From an uncultured Pelosinus sp. (lineage in GTDB: Bacteria; Bacillota; Negativicutes; UMGS1260), in NCBI GenBank assembly GCA_900550105.1, contig URQW01000004.1, positions 9,575-73,574 of the forward strand: a stretch of DNA of 64,000 nucleotides, in the 5' to 3' direction. The position numbers were made by a program, and so were the translations under genes. The notes under the pieces are model-generated. The model saw nothing but the letters and a program-made list of their open reading frames with translations, did not search any database and was not told where the DNA came from. This document shows, in pieces, positions 1-9,629 of this stretch (within the stretch, counting starts at the first letter, position 1; each line of letters starts with the position of its first letter).

Positions 1-192
1 TTCGAACAATGGTCTTTGTCTTAACACCAGTAGCCTCATGAATCTCGTCCACCGAAGCATAATCTACCACATCACGCAAGTAAGCTACTACCTTGAGTTC
101 GTCCTCTTCTTGCGCCCGAATACACTCTGGACACATATTAAAATTGTTTTCTAAATATAACTTTCCGCATTGACGACAATTTGCAAGTCCCA
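1..192 (-). CDS. N-terminal part (gene continues past window start) of a small zinc-ribbon protein resembling the Bacillus flagellar-operon protein YvyF family (CxxC...CxxC)
   Basis: Reverse translation from 192 gives MGLANCRQCGKLYLENNFNMCPECIRAQEEDELKVVAYLRDVV. Two CxxC pairs. It lies next to comFC, as yvyF does in Bacillus gene order. Family assignment is from memory. Confidence 0.45.
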
Positions 193-357
193 TGGTAATG
201 CCCCCTTACATCTACTACTTGTATTATACAATATTTTTTTATAATTCGCCTAGCTATTCTAGGTGCTATTCGCAAATTAATTCTGACAATAGGCAGGAAT
301 CACAAAGTTTTTGCCTAACAAGATAGGGAATCCCTTACGAAAGGCAGTTTACCGATT

Positions 358-954
358 ATGCTGACACTTATTCAATTTCCCGAAATGTATGAAGAACTCA
401 GCGAAGAAGTCCAACAGATCGTGGGCCAGCTGCTTCATCTTTTAGAAATTAAGAATCCCAAGCTTCATCTCCATAGCTATCAGGTAGCCAATTACGCTGT
501 CAGTATTGCCGCTAAAATGCGTTTACCGAAAGAGGAAATCGAGCGAATCCGCATAGCTGCCATGCTGCATGACATTGGCCACTTGACTGTTCCTAATATG
601 ATTCTGTCCAAAGCGCCTTATCTCACCCAGCGAGAGCTTGCGGCCTACAAAAACCACTGTAATGCTGGCAGTTTCATGCTGGAAAATTTGCCATCCTGCC
701 AGGAAATCAGCCTCTATATCCGGCATCATCACGAACAGTTTGACGGCAAGGGCTATCCGAAGCGGTTAAAAGGGGTAAACATTCCGCTTGGCGCCCGAAT
801 TATCGCTGTAGCCAATCACTATGACCGTTATATCAATCCCTGCACGCAGCACTGGACTAAAACACCGGAAGACGCCGTGAAAGAATTAAATGATAAAGCC
901 GGCACGGCCTTTGATACAGAAATTGTCCGGGCCTTCATCGAAGCGCTTGGCTAA
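358..954 (+). CDS. standalone HD-GYP domain phosphohydrolase (probable c-di-GMP phosphodiesterase)
   Basis: 198-aa ORF with HDIGH metal-binding motif and HHHEQFDGKGYP (HD-GYP signature). Confidence 0.75.
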   Translation: MLTLIQFPEMYEELSEEVQQIVGQLLHLLEIKNPKLHLHSYQVANYAVSIAAKMRLPKEEIERIRIAAMLHDIGHLTVPNMILSKAPYLTQRELAAYKNHCNAGSFMLENLPSCQEISLYIRHHHEQFDGKGYPKRLKGVNIPLGARIIAVANHYDRYINPCTQHWTKTPEDAVKELNDKAGTAFDTEIVRAFIEALG

Positions 955-989
955 TCTTGGCTATGAAAAGTAGTACAGCCGCCAACTTC

Positions 990-1697
990 CTATCTCGCAC
1001 TGCTTGCCAACACAACAGCCGAAACAGCCTTGGCCCCAGCGGCCAGTAACGTATGGGCACAAGCATCAATCGTAGCGCCTGATGTAAAAATATCATCCAC
1101 TAAAAAAATAGTCTGATCCTTGACCTGACTGGGGCGCGTTACATAAAACGCGCCTTTTACATTTTCCCGCCGTTCCATTGGCTTAAAGAAATACTGCGGC
1201 GCCGTTGGCCGCAACCGCACTAACAGTTCCGTCTGCCAGTACGCATCGCCAAACATCGCCTTTACCCATGTTGCGAAAATCACTTCCGTTTGATTATAGC
1301 CCCGCTGGCGACGCTTTGCTTGGTGAATTGGCACAGGCATAAACGAGCATGTAGCAGATTCTGTGAGGACCGGAAAAAACTGTTCTAATTCGTCTCGTTT
1401 TGGCAAAAAAGCTTGTAAATATCGCGCCGCTTCAGGTCTTTGTCCATACTTTAAGGCTTGCAGTTTTTGGCGCACCGCCCCCTGATAGTCGGCTAACAAC
1501 AGAATTTGATCAACATAGAAGAGGCCTCGGTCTTCGCCTGTTAACAGTAGTTTCACCATATAGTGGTTCTGACAAGGGGCGCACCACTGGCCAAAAGACG
1601 CCTGACTGCGACCGCAGTGGGGACAGCGCGGCGGCAAGATAATATCTAAGAGGGCCTGATACCAAGAATGAAACCAAGCTGCTGAAAAATTCACCAA
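990..1697 (-). CDS. comFC: ComF family protein (ComFC-like phosphoribosyltransferase-domain competence protein)
   Basis: N-terminal double CxxC zinc finger (CPHCGR...CAPCQ). C-terminal PRTase motif IFLVDDIFTSGATI. 4-nt overlap with the upstream helicase gene. Confidence 0.8.
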   Translation of the reverse strand: MVNFSAAWFHSWYQALLDIILPPRCPHCGRSQASFGQWCAPCQNHYMVKLLLTGEDRGLFYVDQILLLADYQGAVRQKLQALKYGQRPEAARYLQAFLPKRDELEQFFPVLTESATCSFMPVPIHQAKRRQRGYNQTEVIFATWVKAMFGDAYWQTELLVRLRPTAPQYFFKPMERRENVKGAFYVTRPSQVKDQTIFLVDDIFTSGATIDACAHTLLAAGAKAVSAVVLASSAR

Positions 1698-3883
1698 TCT
1701 TCGCCTCGCAGCCGTTCCGCCAATAAAGAGTAGCGTCGCCTAGTACGATCATTGGCCACAGCCGTATTGAGAGCGGCTTTCGTCCCAAGGAGAATGACTA
1801 GTTTTTTAGCGCGCGTTACAGCCGTATACAGCAAATTACGCTGCAGCATCCGATAATGGCCCGCCACTAACGGCAAGATTACTGCTGCATATTCACTGCC
1901 TTGGCTCTTATGAACGCTCATCGCATAGGCTAGATGAAGTTCATCCCATTCACTTTTATGATAGGCTACTGTTCCTTCAGGATAGGCGACGATCGCCGTC
2001 TCGCTGTCAAGATGGTCAATATAACCAATATCACCATTAAAAACGCCCTTTTCATAGTTGTTGCGCATCTGCATGACCTTATCGCCCTGCCGCAGGCAGA
2101 CTCCCATAGAAAGAACCTCGCTCTTTTCCGGCTGCGGCGGATTCAAAGCAGCTTGCAGTAATCTATTTAAATTTTCTACACCACATTCCAATTTGTGCAT
2201 TGGTGATAAAACCTGCAGATCCTTGCCCCAATCATAGCCGATTTTCGGCAGTTGCTCGCCGCAAAGACTTACAATCGCTCTAGCTGCAGCGGCTTCACTC
2301 TCTAGCTCATAGAAAATAAAATCGCCATCATCGCATTGCGGCAAAAGCCCCTGATTAATTCGATGAGCATTGAGAACGATCGGGCTTTCGCCCGCTTGAC
2401 GAAAGATTTCCGTAAGGCGTACAACAGGAACGGCTTCAGAACGAATAATATCCTTGAGCACACTTCCCGGACCCACAGCAGGCAATTGATCCACATCGCC
2501 TACGAGCACAAGACGGCAGCCTGATGGCACTGCCTGCAAAAAATCGTGCATTAACAAAATATCCATCATCGATACTTCATCTAAAATAACAGCATCCGCA
2601 TCTAAGGGATGGTTCGCATTGCGGGCAAAATAAGGCGCCCCTTCCGAACCGCCTGTCGATTCAAGCAAGCGATGGACCGTCATGGCTTCACGGCCTGTAG
2701 CTTCACTGAGACGCTTGGCTGCTCGCCCTGTTGGCGCGCCCAGCAGAATTTTTAAACCTGCTGCGGCCAAAACCTCTAGTATCCCCTTGACGGTAGTAGT
2801 TTTGCCGGTACCAGGACCGCCGGTCAGAACGAGAATCCCATGATCGAGGACGCTCACCAGTGCTTGGCGCTGCGCCTTTGCCAAAGTCACTGCCGCTTTT
2901 GCCTCCCACTGCGCCACAAGCTTATATTTATCGGCACAGAGGGCCGATTTCGCTTCCATTTGCAGCTCGCTAAGACGTGCCGCTACATTTTTTTCAGCTT
3001 GATAGAGCGGATATAAATAAATAAGATACGTTCCTTGCCAAGATTCGGCACATAAGAAGCCGTTTTTTATAAACTGACTGATCAAGCAAGCCACTTCATA
3101 CTGATCAGCCTGCAAAAGTTTGGCTGTTTCCTTGACTAGCAATTCTTCGGGCACACAGGAATGTCCCGCTTGGGTTGTCTGAAACAAAGCAAAATCAATG
3201 CCAGCTTCCAGCCGCGCTTCGTCATTTTTGCCAAAGCCTAAAGCCATAGCAATTTGATCGGCTGTACGAAACCCAATGCCTGGTACCTCTTTGGCCAAAC
3301 GATAGGGATTCGCGCGCAGAACGTCTAGTGTATCGCGGCCATAAGCGCCATGAATTTTTGCCGCATAAGCACCGGATACGCCGTGGGTCTCCAAAAACAG
3401 CATGATTTCCCGCAAATCCGATTGGGCGGCATAAGAGGCGCGAATCTGTTCCGCTTTTTTCGTACCGATCCCTTCGACCTCAGTCAGACGGTGCGGTGCG
3501 GCCGCAATCACTTCAAGTACCTGCTCGCCAAAATAAGCGACAAGTCGTGACGCCATAGCCGCCCCGATCCCCTTGACAGCGCCTGACGCTAAAAACCGTT
3601 CAATACCAGCCGCTGTAGTCGGCTCGATACGACGACACGAAAGAGCTTGAAACTGTCTACCGAATTTAGCATGATCCACCCACTTGCCTGTGAGAACAAC
3701 CTGTTCGCCGATAAGCGGTGCAGCAATCCGGCCCGTTACGGCTGCTTGCTGCTTCTGCCCATCTGGCGTAATTTTAAAGACAGCAAATGCGCCGTCAGGG
3801 CTCTGAAAAGTAATCGCCGCAACGACGCCTGTCAATTCTTCCATACAAATCCCGCCTACTTCCATTCTCAAAACAGAACACAC
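1691..3883 (-). CDS. recD2: RecD2-type ATP-dependent DNA helicase (RecD/TraA family)
   Basis: 730 aa. HhH region near N-terminus. Walker A GGPGTGKTT, DEVSMMD Walker B, and C-terminal SH3/helicase motifs typical of RecD2. Confidence 0.85.
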   Translation of the reverse strand: MCSVLRMEVGGICMEELTGVVAAITFQSPDGAFAVFKITPDGQKQQAAVTGRIAAPLIGEQVVLTGKWVDHAKFGRQFQALSCRRIEPTTAAGIERFLASGAVKGIGAAMASRLVAYFGEQVLEVIAAAPHRLTEVEGIGTKKAEQIRASYAAQSDLREIMLFLETHGVSGAYAAKIHGAYGRDTLDVLRANPYRLAKEVPGIGFRTADQIAMALGFGKNDEARLEAGIDFALFQTTQAGHSCVPEELLVKETAKLLQADQYEVACLISQFIKNGFLCAESWQGTYLIYLYPLYQAEKNVAARLSELQMEAKSALCADKYKLVAQWEAKAAVTLAKAQRQALVSVLDHGILVLTGGPGTGKTTTVKGILEVLAAAGLKILLGAPTGRAAKRLSEATGREAMTVHRLLESTGGSEGAPYFARNANHPLDADAVILDEVSMMDILLMHDFLQAVPSGCRLVLVGDVDQLPAVGPGSVLKDIIRSEAVPVVRLTEIFRQAGESPIVLNAHRINQGLLPQCDDGDFIFYELESEAAAARAIVSLCGEQLPKIGYDWGKDLQVLSPMHKLECGVENLNRLLQAALNPPQPEKSEVLSMGVCLRQGDKVMQMRNNYEKGVFNGDIGYIDHLDSETAIVAYPEGTVAYHKSEWDELHLAYAMSVHKSQGSEYAAVILPLVAGHYRMLQRNLLYTAVTRAKKLVILLGTKAALNTAVANDRTRRRYSLLAERLRGEDW

Positions 3884-4067
3884 GTTTCACTTTGTATGAT
3901 TATTTCGCAAACCCCAAGAAAAAATCCTTTTTTTCCAGTAAAAAGAGGAGGACTTTTTGTAAAAAAAGAGTATAATAAATTGTTGTATCCACTCAATAAG
4001 TGGTAGCGGCATAGAATGAATATCATGAGCCAGCACCGAATGAATCGGCTGGCTAGGAATTCATATT

Positions 4068-4295
4068 ATGATTACAATGAATGTTATTATTATGGGAGAG
4101 GCCTGTATGCGAGAAGTTCTTATGCGAGAAGTCCCTGTGCGCGAAATTTCTATGCGCGAAGACATGTATACCTATCATTATTTTAAACGCCGTTGCCTAA
4201 ACCAATCGATCCAGAAAAAAACGGTTCTCATGTCTGCTATTTTGTTATTCAGTGTTTTATATTTTGCCTCGACTTTGTTTCTACTAACCAAATAG
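4068..4295 (+). CDS. hypothetical small membrane protein with tandem MRE(V) peptide repeats (possibly not a real gene)
   Basis: 75-aa ORF. N-terminus is encoded by direct DNA repeats of atgcg(a/c)gaag. C-terminal hydrophobic helix. No obvious RBS. Confidence 0.25.
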   Translation: MITMNVIIMGEACMREVLMREVPVREISMREDMYTYHYFKRRCLNQSIQKKTVLMSAILLFSVLYFASTLFLLTK

Positions 4296-4321
4296 TCCTT
4301 CATTCCAACGATGTTTTGCGT

Positions 4322-4369
4322 AAAAGAGGATGTTTCTCATAAAAATGCTTATGAGAAACATCCTCTTTT
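4322..4369. terminator. bidirectional rho-independent terminator: perfect 19-bp stem (aaaagaggatgtttctcat / atgagaaacatcctctttt), 10-nt loop, T/A tracts on both sides
   Basis: Inverted repeat read directly from the sequence. Located between convergent ORFs. Confidence 0.7.
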
Positions 4370-4542
4370 ACTATTCCCTATTCTTGCTACTTTACCTGAC
4401 CGACAAGGCCTTCGCCAAATTGTTAATGCTGTCCGACAGAGCATCAAGCCGCTTTTCGATCCGGACTAAAAGATAGATTGATACTACCATAGGAAAGCCA
4501 TAGTTGGCGGCGGCTGTCAAGAGCGGCGCTACATCCATCGTA

Positions 4543-4758
4543 CTATTCTAAGGGCGCTGTTTCATTAACCCGGATCTTAGCCCCTATGATCTGTACGAGA
4601 TCGCCATTTTTCGAAGCAAAAATTCCTTTGGTCACAATATCCTGCATAACCGGCTGCGCCTGAGCTAACGTCAGGTTGTCTACAGGATCAGGCAAATTCA
4701 GCGTGACCTGTTTCCCTGATTGATCATGAAACAATAGTTGCAATGTCTTGGCCATCAC
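4543..4758 (-). CDS. small conserved protein, DUF1659-like
   Basis: 71 aa. Paired with the next small ORF and a sigma factor, as seen in Bacilli/Clostridia. DUF assignment is from memory. Confidence 0.4.
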   Translation of the reverse strand: MMAKTLQLLFHDQSGKQVTLNLPDPVDNLTLAQAQPVMQDIVTKGIFASKNGDLVQIIGAKIRVNETAPLE

Positions 4759-4791
4759 ATATCCTCCTTGTTAGTTTTTATAAATGAATGC

Positions 4792-5016
4792 TTACGAATT
4801 ACTAAGTGTGCCTTCGTCAAGACGTTCCACTACGAAGGGCGTATGCTGCTGCAAAGCGCCTAGCGCTGTGCCGACAGCATAGACGTCAGCGTCAGCCGCA
4901 CTTGCTTTCAGGCCGGACAGAGTCCGCTGTTTATATACCGGTTTTCCTGCCGTATTCACGCCTGTCTGCACTTTCAAAATCAGTTTACCAAGCTGCGTTT
5001 CTTTATTGACTGCCAT
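4792..5016 (-). CDS. small conserved protein, DUF2922-like
   Basis: 74 aa. Forms a pair with the DUF1659-like ORF. DUF assignment is from memory. Confidence 0.4.
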   Translation of the reverse strand: MAVNKETQLGKLILKVQTGVNTAGKPVYKQRTLSGLKASAADADVYAVGTALGALQQHTPFVVERLDEGTLSNS

Positions 5017-5022
5017 AACCTC

Positions 5023-5664
5023 TCACCTCCCCTCACTCTCTACCATTCCGTTAAGGCTCACTTTTAAACGGCGTAGGGAACGTTTTTTCAACTGCGATAC
5101 AGCTTGCGGCGTAAGTGACAGACTACTAGCAATCTCGGTAAGGCTCCAACCTAAAGCCCAAGCTTTCAGCACTAACTGTTGCCGCTCTGATAAAGATTTT
5201 AGCGCTCGCTGCACTAAGTCGAACCGCAACCGTTGTATAACTGTGTCTTCCAAATTATGCGGATCGGCGAAAAGAGCCGTATCGCTAACCTCACCGCGAA
5301 TTCTGCCAGTAGACTCATCCTGATCATCCCAGGCATCATAAGAAAAAACACTTTGCCACAGATGCCGCTCTTTTTTAAACAAATTCCATAAAGCGTATTT
5401 GACGCGGCTTGCCACATAAGCGGCAAAAGGAATGTTCTTATCCTTATCAAAGCATTGAATTGCCTCAGCTACAGTCAGACGAGCCACGGAAAGCGCTTCC
5501 TCGCCGAGGGCTTGTAAGTGAGAAGCTCTGGTATAATGAACAACCAACGGATCAAAGTAGTGGCACAAAGCCGCAAAAGCTGCTTTGTCACCGGACTGAG
5601 CTAAACGGAGTTGTTCTGCTAAGGGTTTCTTACTTTGTCCCTGAGATTGCACAGTACACTGCAT
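5023..5664 (-). CDS. sigma-70 family RNA polymerase sigma factor (region 2 + region 4)
   Basis: 213 aa. Region 2-like FAALCHYFDPLVVHY segment and a C-terminal HTH (LTEIASSLSLTPQAVSQLKKRSLRRL). Confidence 0.75.
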   Translation of the reverse strand: MQCTVQSQGQSKKPLAEQLRLAQSGDKAAFAALCHYFDPLVVHYTRASHLQALGEEALSVARLTVAEAIQCFDKDKNIPFAAYVASRVKYALWNLFKKERHLWQSVFSYDAWDDQDESTGRIRGEVSDTALFADPHNLEDTVIQRLRFDLVQRALKSLSERQQLVLKAWALGWSLTEIASSLSLTPQAVSQLKKRSLRRLKVSLNGMVESEGR

Positions 5665-5684
5665 TTTTTACTGCACCTTCTAGT

Positions 5685-5698
5685 GAGTAACGTTACTC
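5685..5698. promoter_or_regulatory. perfect 14-bp palindrome gagtaacgttactc in the 5' leader, about 21 nt upstream of the sigma-factor start codon, just before the GAAGGTG RBS
   Basis: Read from the sequence. Candidate operator or RNA hairpin. Confidence 0.3.
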
Positions 5699-5870
5699 TA
5701 ATTTAGCGCTTGCCTTCAGCATAAACACAAATCAGCCTGCAAGCAAAACCTGGCTTAGCGCTAAGTCAGACGCGACAAATATTGCTATCGTGGCTTAAAC
5801 AAACAGAAAAGTCCCTCAGCAATTCGCTGAGAGACTATAAAATACAATATATAAAGTAACTGCATAAAAA

Positions 5871-7844
5871 TTACTCTTCCTGTGTCATCAGCCAAGTTTC
5901 ATAGACTTCGTCCAGTTCGGCTTTCATGGCTTCATATTCCTCGTATAAAGCTTGACTTACGGCAAGATCAGCCTGATTTTCCGGCAAGTTAATCTCTTTT
6001 TCCTTGAATTTGAGCATGACCTCCAGCTCGCGAATCCGCAGCTCCAACTTCTCCATAGCGGCTGCATCGCGCCGCACAGAACGACTTGCTGTACTCTTCG
6101 TAGCGCTGCTCGTAGATTCGGCTACGTTCTCTGAAGATACCTTATTGGGAGAAACTTGCGACGACGCCATAGCCTTCGCTAGGCCTGATGACGCCTTGCC
6201 TTGACCCGTTTTAGGAGCCGCTTCCGCTGCTAAAGCTGCTTCTTTCGCCCGTTTTTCGCAAAAATGCTTATAATCACTGTAATTGCCGGGATAATCGCTA
6301 ATAGCGCCATCTTTTAATTCGATCACTCGCTCAGCTACTTTGTCGAGGAAATAGCGATCATGAGACACCGTTAAAAAGGTGCCAGGGAACACGGCAAGCG
6401 CTTCTTCCACGGCTTCTTTCGCCGGAATATCTAGATGGTTCGTCGGTTCGTCAAGAATCAAAAAGTTCGCCCCGGTAAGCATGAGCTTCAATAAAGCCAA
6501 CCTTGCCTCTTCACCGCCGGACAGACTGCCGACCTCTTTGAAAACATCATCACCGCGAAATAAAAACGCGCCAAGATAATGCCGGGCTCGTTCTTCGCTC
6601 ATGCCAAAATCGCGCACAATTTCATCAAGAACCTGCCAGTCTGGATGAAGGTTTTCATGCTGCTGAGCAAAATAACCGACCTGCACGCGACTGCCCAGCT
6701 TCAACGATCCTTTACGCAGCTCTAATTCTCCCGTAATAGCTTTGAGAAGTGTTGTTTTACCTGCGCCATTCGGTCCAATTAAGGCCACGCCTTCTCCTCT
6801 GCGAATTGCCAAGGCGAGGTCTTGAAAAATCATAGTTTCGCCATACCCTGCCGCTGCATCTTGAATATCTAATACTCGTTGAGCTGAATCGCCGAGAGCA
6901 TTAAATTCAAAGAAATCGAACTGCGCTTGACCGCCCACCGCTTCGAGCCGTTCCAACCGACTAAGCTGCTTGGCTCGTCCTCTAGCTTGTTTTGATTTAA
7001 TCCCGGCGCCGTAACGGCGAATATATTCTTCTGTTTTAGCAATCTGATCCTGCTGCTTGGCATACGCCCGTTCCGCCGCTAAGGTTAAAGCGACCTTTTT
7101 ATCTAAATAGGTACTATAATTGCCTTGATACTCTCGCAAACTGCCTGCTTCCAGCTCCCAGGTCTTCGTAGTGACTTGATCAAGAAAGTACCTGTCATGG
7201 GAAATAATTAAGAGTCCGCCGCGAAAAGCTGCCAAATAGTTTTCTAGCCACTCTACCATAACTAAATCAAGATGATTCGTCGGTTCATCGAGAAACAAGT
7301 AATCAGGATCTCGCACCAGCGCCTTTGCGAGCGCAATCCGTGTTTGCTGTCCGCCAGAAAAAGAAGTTACTGGTCGAGCTAGTTCTGCTTCAGTAAAACC
7401 AAGCCCCGTAATAATTTTTGCCAAACGCTGCTCATACTCATAGCCGCCGCCACTATCAAACGCCTGCGACAGCGTACCATAAGACTGCATCAATTTATCA
7501 AGTTCTGCGCCGGATGCGCTGGCAATTAAGGCTTCCAATTCGTGAAGCTTATTTTGCAGGATTAATAGCTCAGAAAAAGCCCCAAGCAGTTCTTCCTGCA
7601 ATGTTCCCGTACCAAAATCGCTTTGTTGTTCCACATAGGCCAGCGTTTCGCCTGGTGACAAAGCAACTTCACCGCCATCATATTCTTCTAGCCCCAGCAA
7701 ACACCGCAACAGCGTCGTCTTGCCTGTCCCATTAGCACCGATCAACCCAATTCTATCGCCAGGACGAATTTCAGCCGAAACGCCTTCAAATACGCGCCGA
7801 ATGCCAAAGAACTTGCTCAGTCCCTTAATCTGAATCAATCCCAT
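5871..7844 (-). CDS. ABC-F family ATPase (two ABC ATPase domains with linker and C-terminal coiled coil; no transmembrane domain)
   Basis: Two Walker A motifs (GANGTGKTT, GPNGAGKTT), two LSGG signatures, C-terminal charged coiled coil. Start set at the internal MGLIQIKGL, preceded by GAGGTG. Confidence 0.85.
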   Translation of the reverse strand: MGLIQIKGLSKFFGIRRVFEGVSAEIRPGDRIGLIGANGTGKTTLLRCLLGLEEYDGGEVALSPGETLAYVEQQSDFGTGTLQEELLGAFSELLILQNKLHELEALIASASGAELDKLMQSYGTLSQAFDSGGGYEYEQRLAKIITGLGFTEAELARPVTSFSGGQQTRIALAKALVRDPDYLFLDEPTNHLDLVMVEWLENYLAAFRGGLLIISHDRYFLDQVTTKTWELEAGSLREYQGNYSTYLDKKVALTLAAERAYAKQQDQIAKTEEYIRRYGAGIKSKQARGRAKQLSRLERLEAVGGQAQFDFFEFNALGDSAQRVLDIQDAAAGYGETMIFQDLALAIRRGEGVALIGPNGAGKTTLLKAITGELELRKGSLKLGSRVQVGYFAQQHENLHPDWQVLDEIVRDFGMSEERARHYLGAFLFRGDDVFKEVGSLSGGEEARLALLKLMLTGANFLILDEPTNHLDIPAKEAVEEALAVFPGTFLTVSHDRYFLDKVAERVIELKDGAISDYPGNYSDYKHFCEKRAKEAALAAEAAPKTGQGKASSGLAKAMASSQVSPNKVSSENVAESTSSATKSTASRSVRRDAAAMEKLELRIRELEVMLKFKEKEINLPENQADLAVSQALYEEYEAMKAELDEVYETWLMTQEE

Positions 7845-8067
7845 AATACACCTCATTGCTCTCTCTTTATATCCCAGCCAGCCTAAGCTAACTCTACTAG
7901 TTACTCTAAATCGAATGAAATTATTATACCACAAAAAGTCCTGATAAGACCGTATCGTAGTTGTACTTGACTTCGTCTTGTCTTATGATAAATTTTATAT
8001 CAAGCACTTTTAAACGTATCTCGTTTGAGGTACAATAAGATTATAATCATGCAAGGAGGCTTCCATC

Positions 8068-8325
8068 ATGAAGACTACTTTTATAAGAGCACGCATTGAC
8101 CCGGGACTAAAACAATCTACAGAAGGAATTCTTGCTAAACTAGGACTTACGCCAACAGAAGCAATACGCTTATTCTATCAGCAAGTAGAACTTCACAACG
8201 GGCTGCCCTTTGAGATTAAGCTGCCTAACCCGGAAACCTTAGAGACATTTAAAAAGACAGATAAAGGTGAGGACCTAATAGAATGTAAAGATGCTTCAGA
8301 TCTGTTTAATAAGTTGGGAATCTAA
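8068..8325 (+). CDS. dinJ: type II antitoxin, DinJ/RelB family
   Basis: 85 aa. Overlaps the downstream toxin by 1 nt. AAGGAGG RBS. Confidence 0.7.
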   Translation: MKTTFIRARIDPGLKQSTEGILAKLGLTPTEAIRLFYQQVELHNGLPFEIKLPNPETLETFKKTDKGEDLIECKDASDLFNKLGI

Positions 8326-8594
8326 TGACCTTAACTCCGATTTACACAAAAAAATTTGCAAAAGATGTAGACCTTGCAAAACGTCGTGGCAAAGATACTG
8401 AGAAACTCAAAAAAGTCATGACTGCTCTTATTCATCAACTACCTTTAGAGCCATCCTACAGAGATCACCTATTGACCGGAAACTATCGCGGGCGGCGCGA
8501 ATGCCATATCGAATCAGACTGGTTATTGATCTACCAGTCTGATGAAGAATCAATTATTTTTGAAAGAACTGGAACTCATAGCGATTTATTTTGA
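8325..8594 (+). CDS. yafQ: type II toxin, YafQ/RelE family mRNA interferase
   Basis: 89 aa. HIESDWLLIY and C-terminal H...F motifs typical of YafQ. Confidence 0.75.
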   Translation: MTLTPIYTKKFAKDVDLAKRRGKDTEKLKKVMTALIHQLPLEPSYRDHLLTGNYRGRRECHIESDWLLIYQSDEESIIFERTGTHSDLF

Positions 8595-8642
8595 GCAAAA
8601 ATGAATATCAAAATTATCAATCTACTTCAGTTTAAACGCAAA

Positions 8643-8700
8643 AATCCCGGTAAGACAAGCCGAAGTCAAGTGACAACGGTGAGGCGGTCTTACCGGGATT
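8643..8700. terminator. hairpin with 14-bp perfect stem (aatcccggtaagac / gtcttaccgggatt) and ~30-nt loop, between convergent TA and encapsulin genes
   Basis: Read from the sequence. The loop is long for a canonical terminator. Confidence 0.5.
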
Positions 8701-8742
8701 CTTTGCGTATATAAAGCGTATATAAAGCTTTGTTATCCTTTT

Positions 8743-9579
8743 TTACTCAATAGTACAAATCGCATTGGGACGACGAATCAGTAAAGAACAGGTTTCCATC
8801 ACGCGGAACATGTGATTCATACTGACAGGTCCCAAGTAGGCTGTGACCATATCCTGTCCAATCGCCAGACTCACATTTTGTGCGCCAGCAGCAACAAGCA
8901 CTGCTTCATTGTCTTTCAAAACGCCTGTTGCATAAACACCGCCACCCACAAGGGTTTTGATCTGATCTAATTCCAAAATGCCTGATGCGCTATGTACGCG
9001 AATCATACGACCAAAAAGAACCGGACTAACAGCCAATGCATAGGGGCCATAGTAGCCAGCGCTAGTTAGCTTACTAACGGCAGCAACAATGCTATCTAAA
9101 GCACCGCCGTTTACATTCCAGTCAGCTGCCTTAGCAATGAGGCGACCTTTTGCATTTAAAAGACCTTCCTGTCCTAATTCTTCATTACCGCGAAATACTA
9201 GTTCGTCTTCCTGCACAGACAAGACTTCTGCCGCTACAGCCGCGGCACTTACATCAAGGGGCAAGCCAAGTTTCCGGTCTGTCTCGACATCACGCCACTG
9301 AATTTTAAAATCTTTATAGATAAGCGGAAATTGCGCCATTTTACGATTTTCCGCCGCTACAACGTCGCCTTCTTTATCGCCGGTCAAATTGACCTCAGCG
9401 GCTCCGGCGTTGCCAAATACCGAATAAGGCAGTGTATAAATACCGGAACCAAGCGGTCCGAGCACATCAATCATTTTACGACCTACTAGCTGCTGACGAG
9501 CGGCCACGATCACGGCATTGTCTAAATTGGCCCAATCTTCCTTCGTAAATGGCGCCGATTCTCTATCTAAATAATCCAT
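8743..9579 (-). CDS. enc: family 1 encapsulin nanocompartment shell protein (linocin M18-like, HK97 fold)
   Basis: 278 aa. N-terminal MDYLDRESAPFTKEDW and overall length typical of family 1 encapsulins. Immediately downstream of a ferritin-like cargo gene. Confidence 0.75.
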   Translation of the reverse strand: MDYLDRESAPFTKEDWANLDNAVIVAARQQLVGRKMIDVLGPLGSGIYTLPYSVFGNAGAAEVNLTGDKEGDVVAAENRKMAQFPLIYKDFKIQWRDVETDRKLGLPLDVSAAAVAAEVLSVQEDELVFRGNEELGQEGLLNAKGRLIAKAADWNVNGGALDSIVAAVSKLTSAGYYGPYALAVSPVLFGRMIRVHSASGILELDQIKTLVGGGVYATGVLKDNEAVLVAAGAQNVSLAIGQDMVTAYLGPVSMNHMFRVMETCSLLIRRPNAICTIE

Positions 9580-9629
9580 AATAAATCCCTCCTTAATATC
9601 TTCGTTGGCTTCCTTAACGCCTTAACGCC

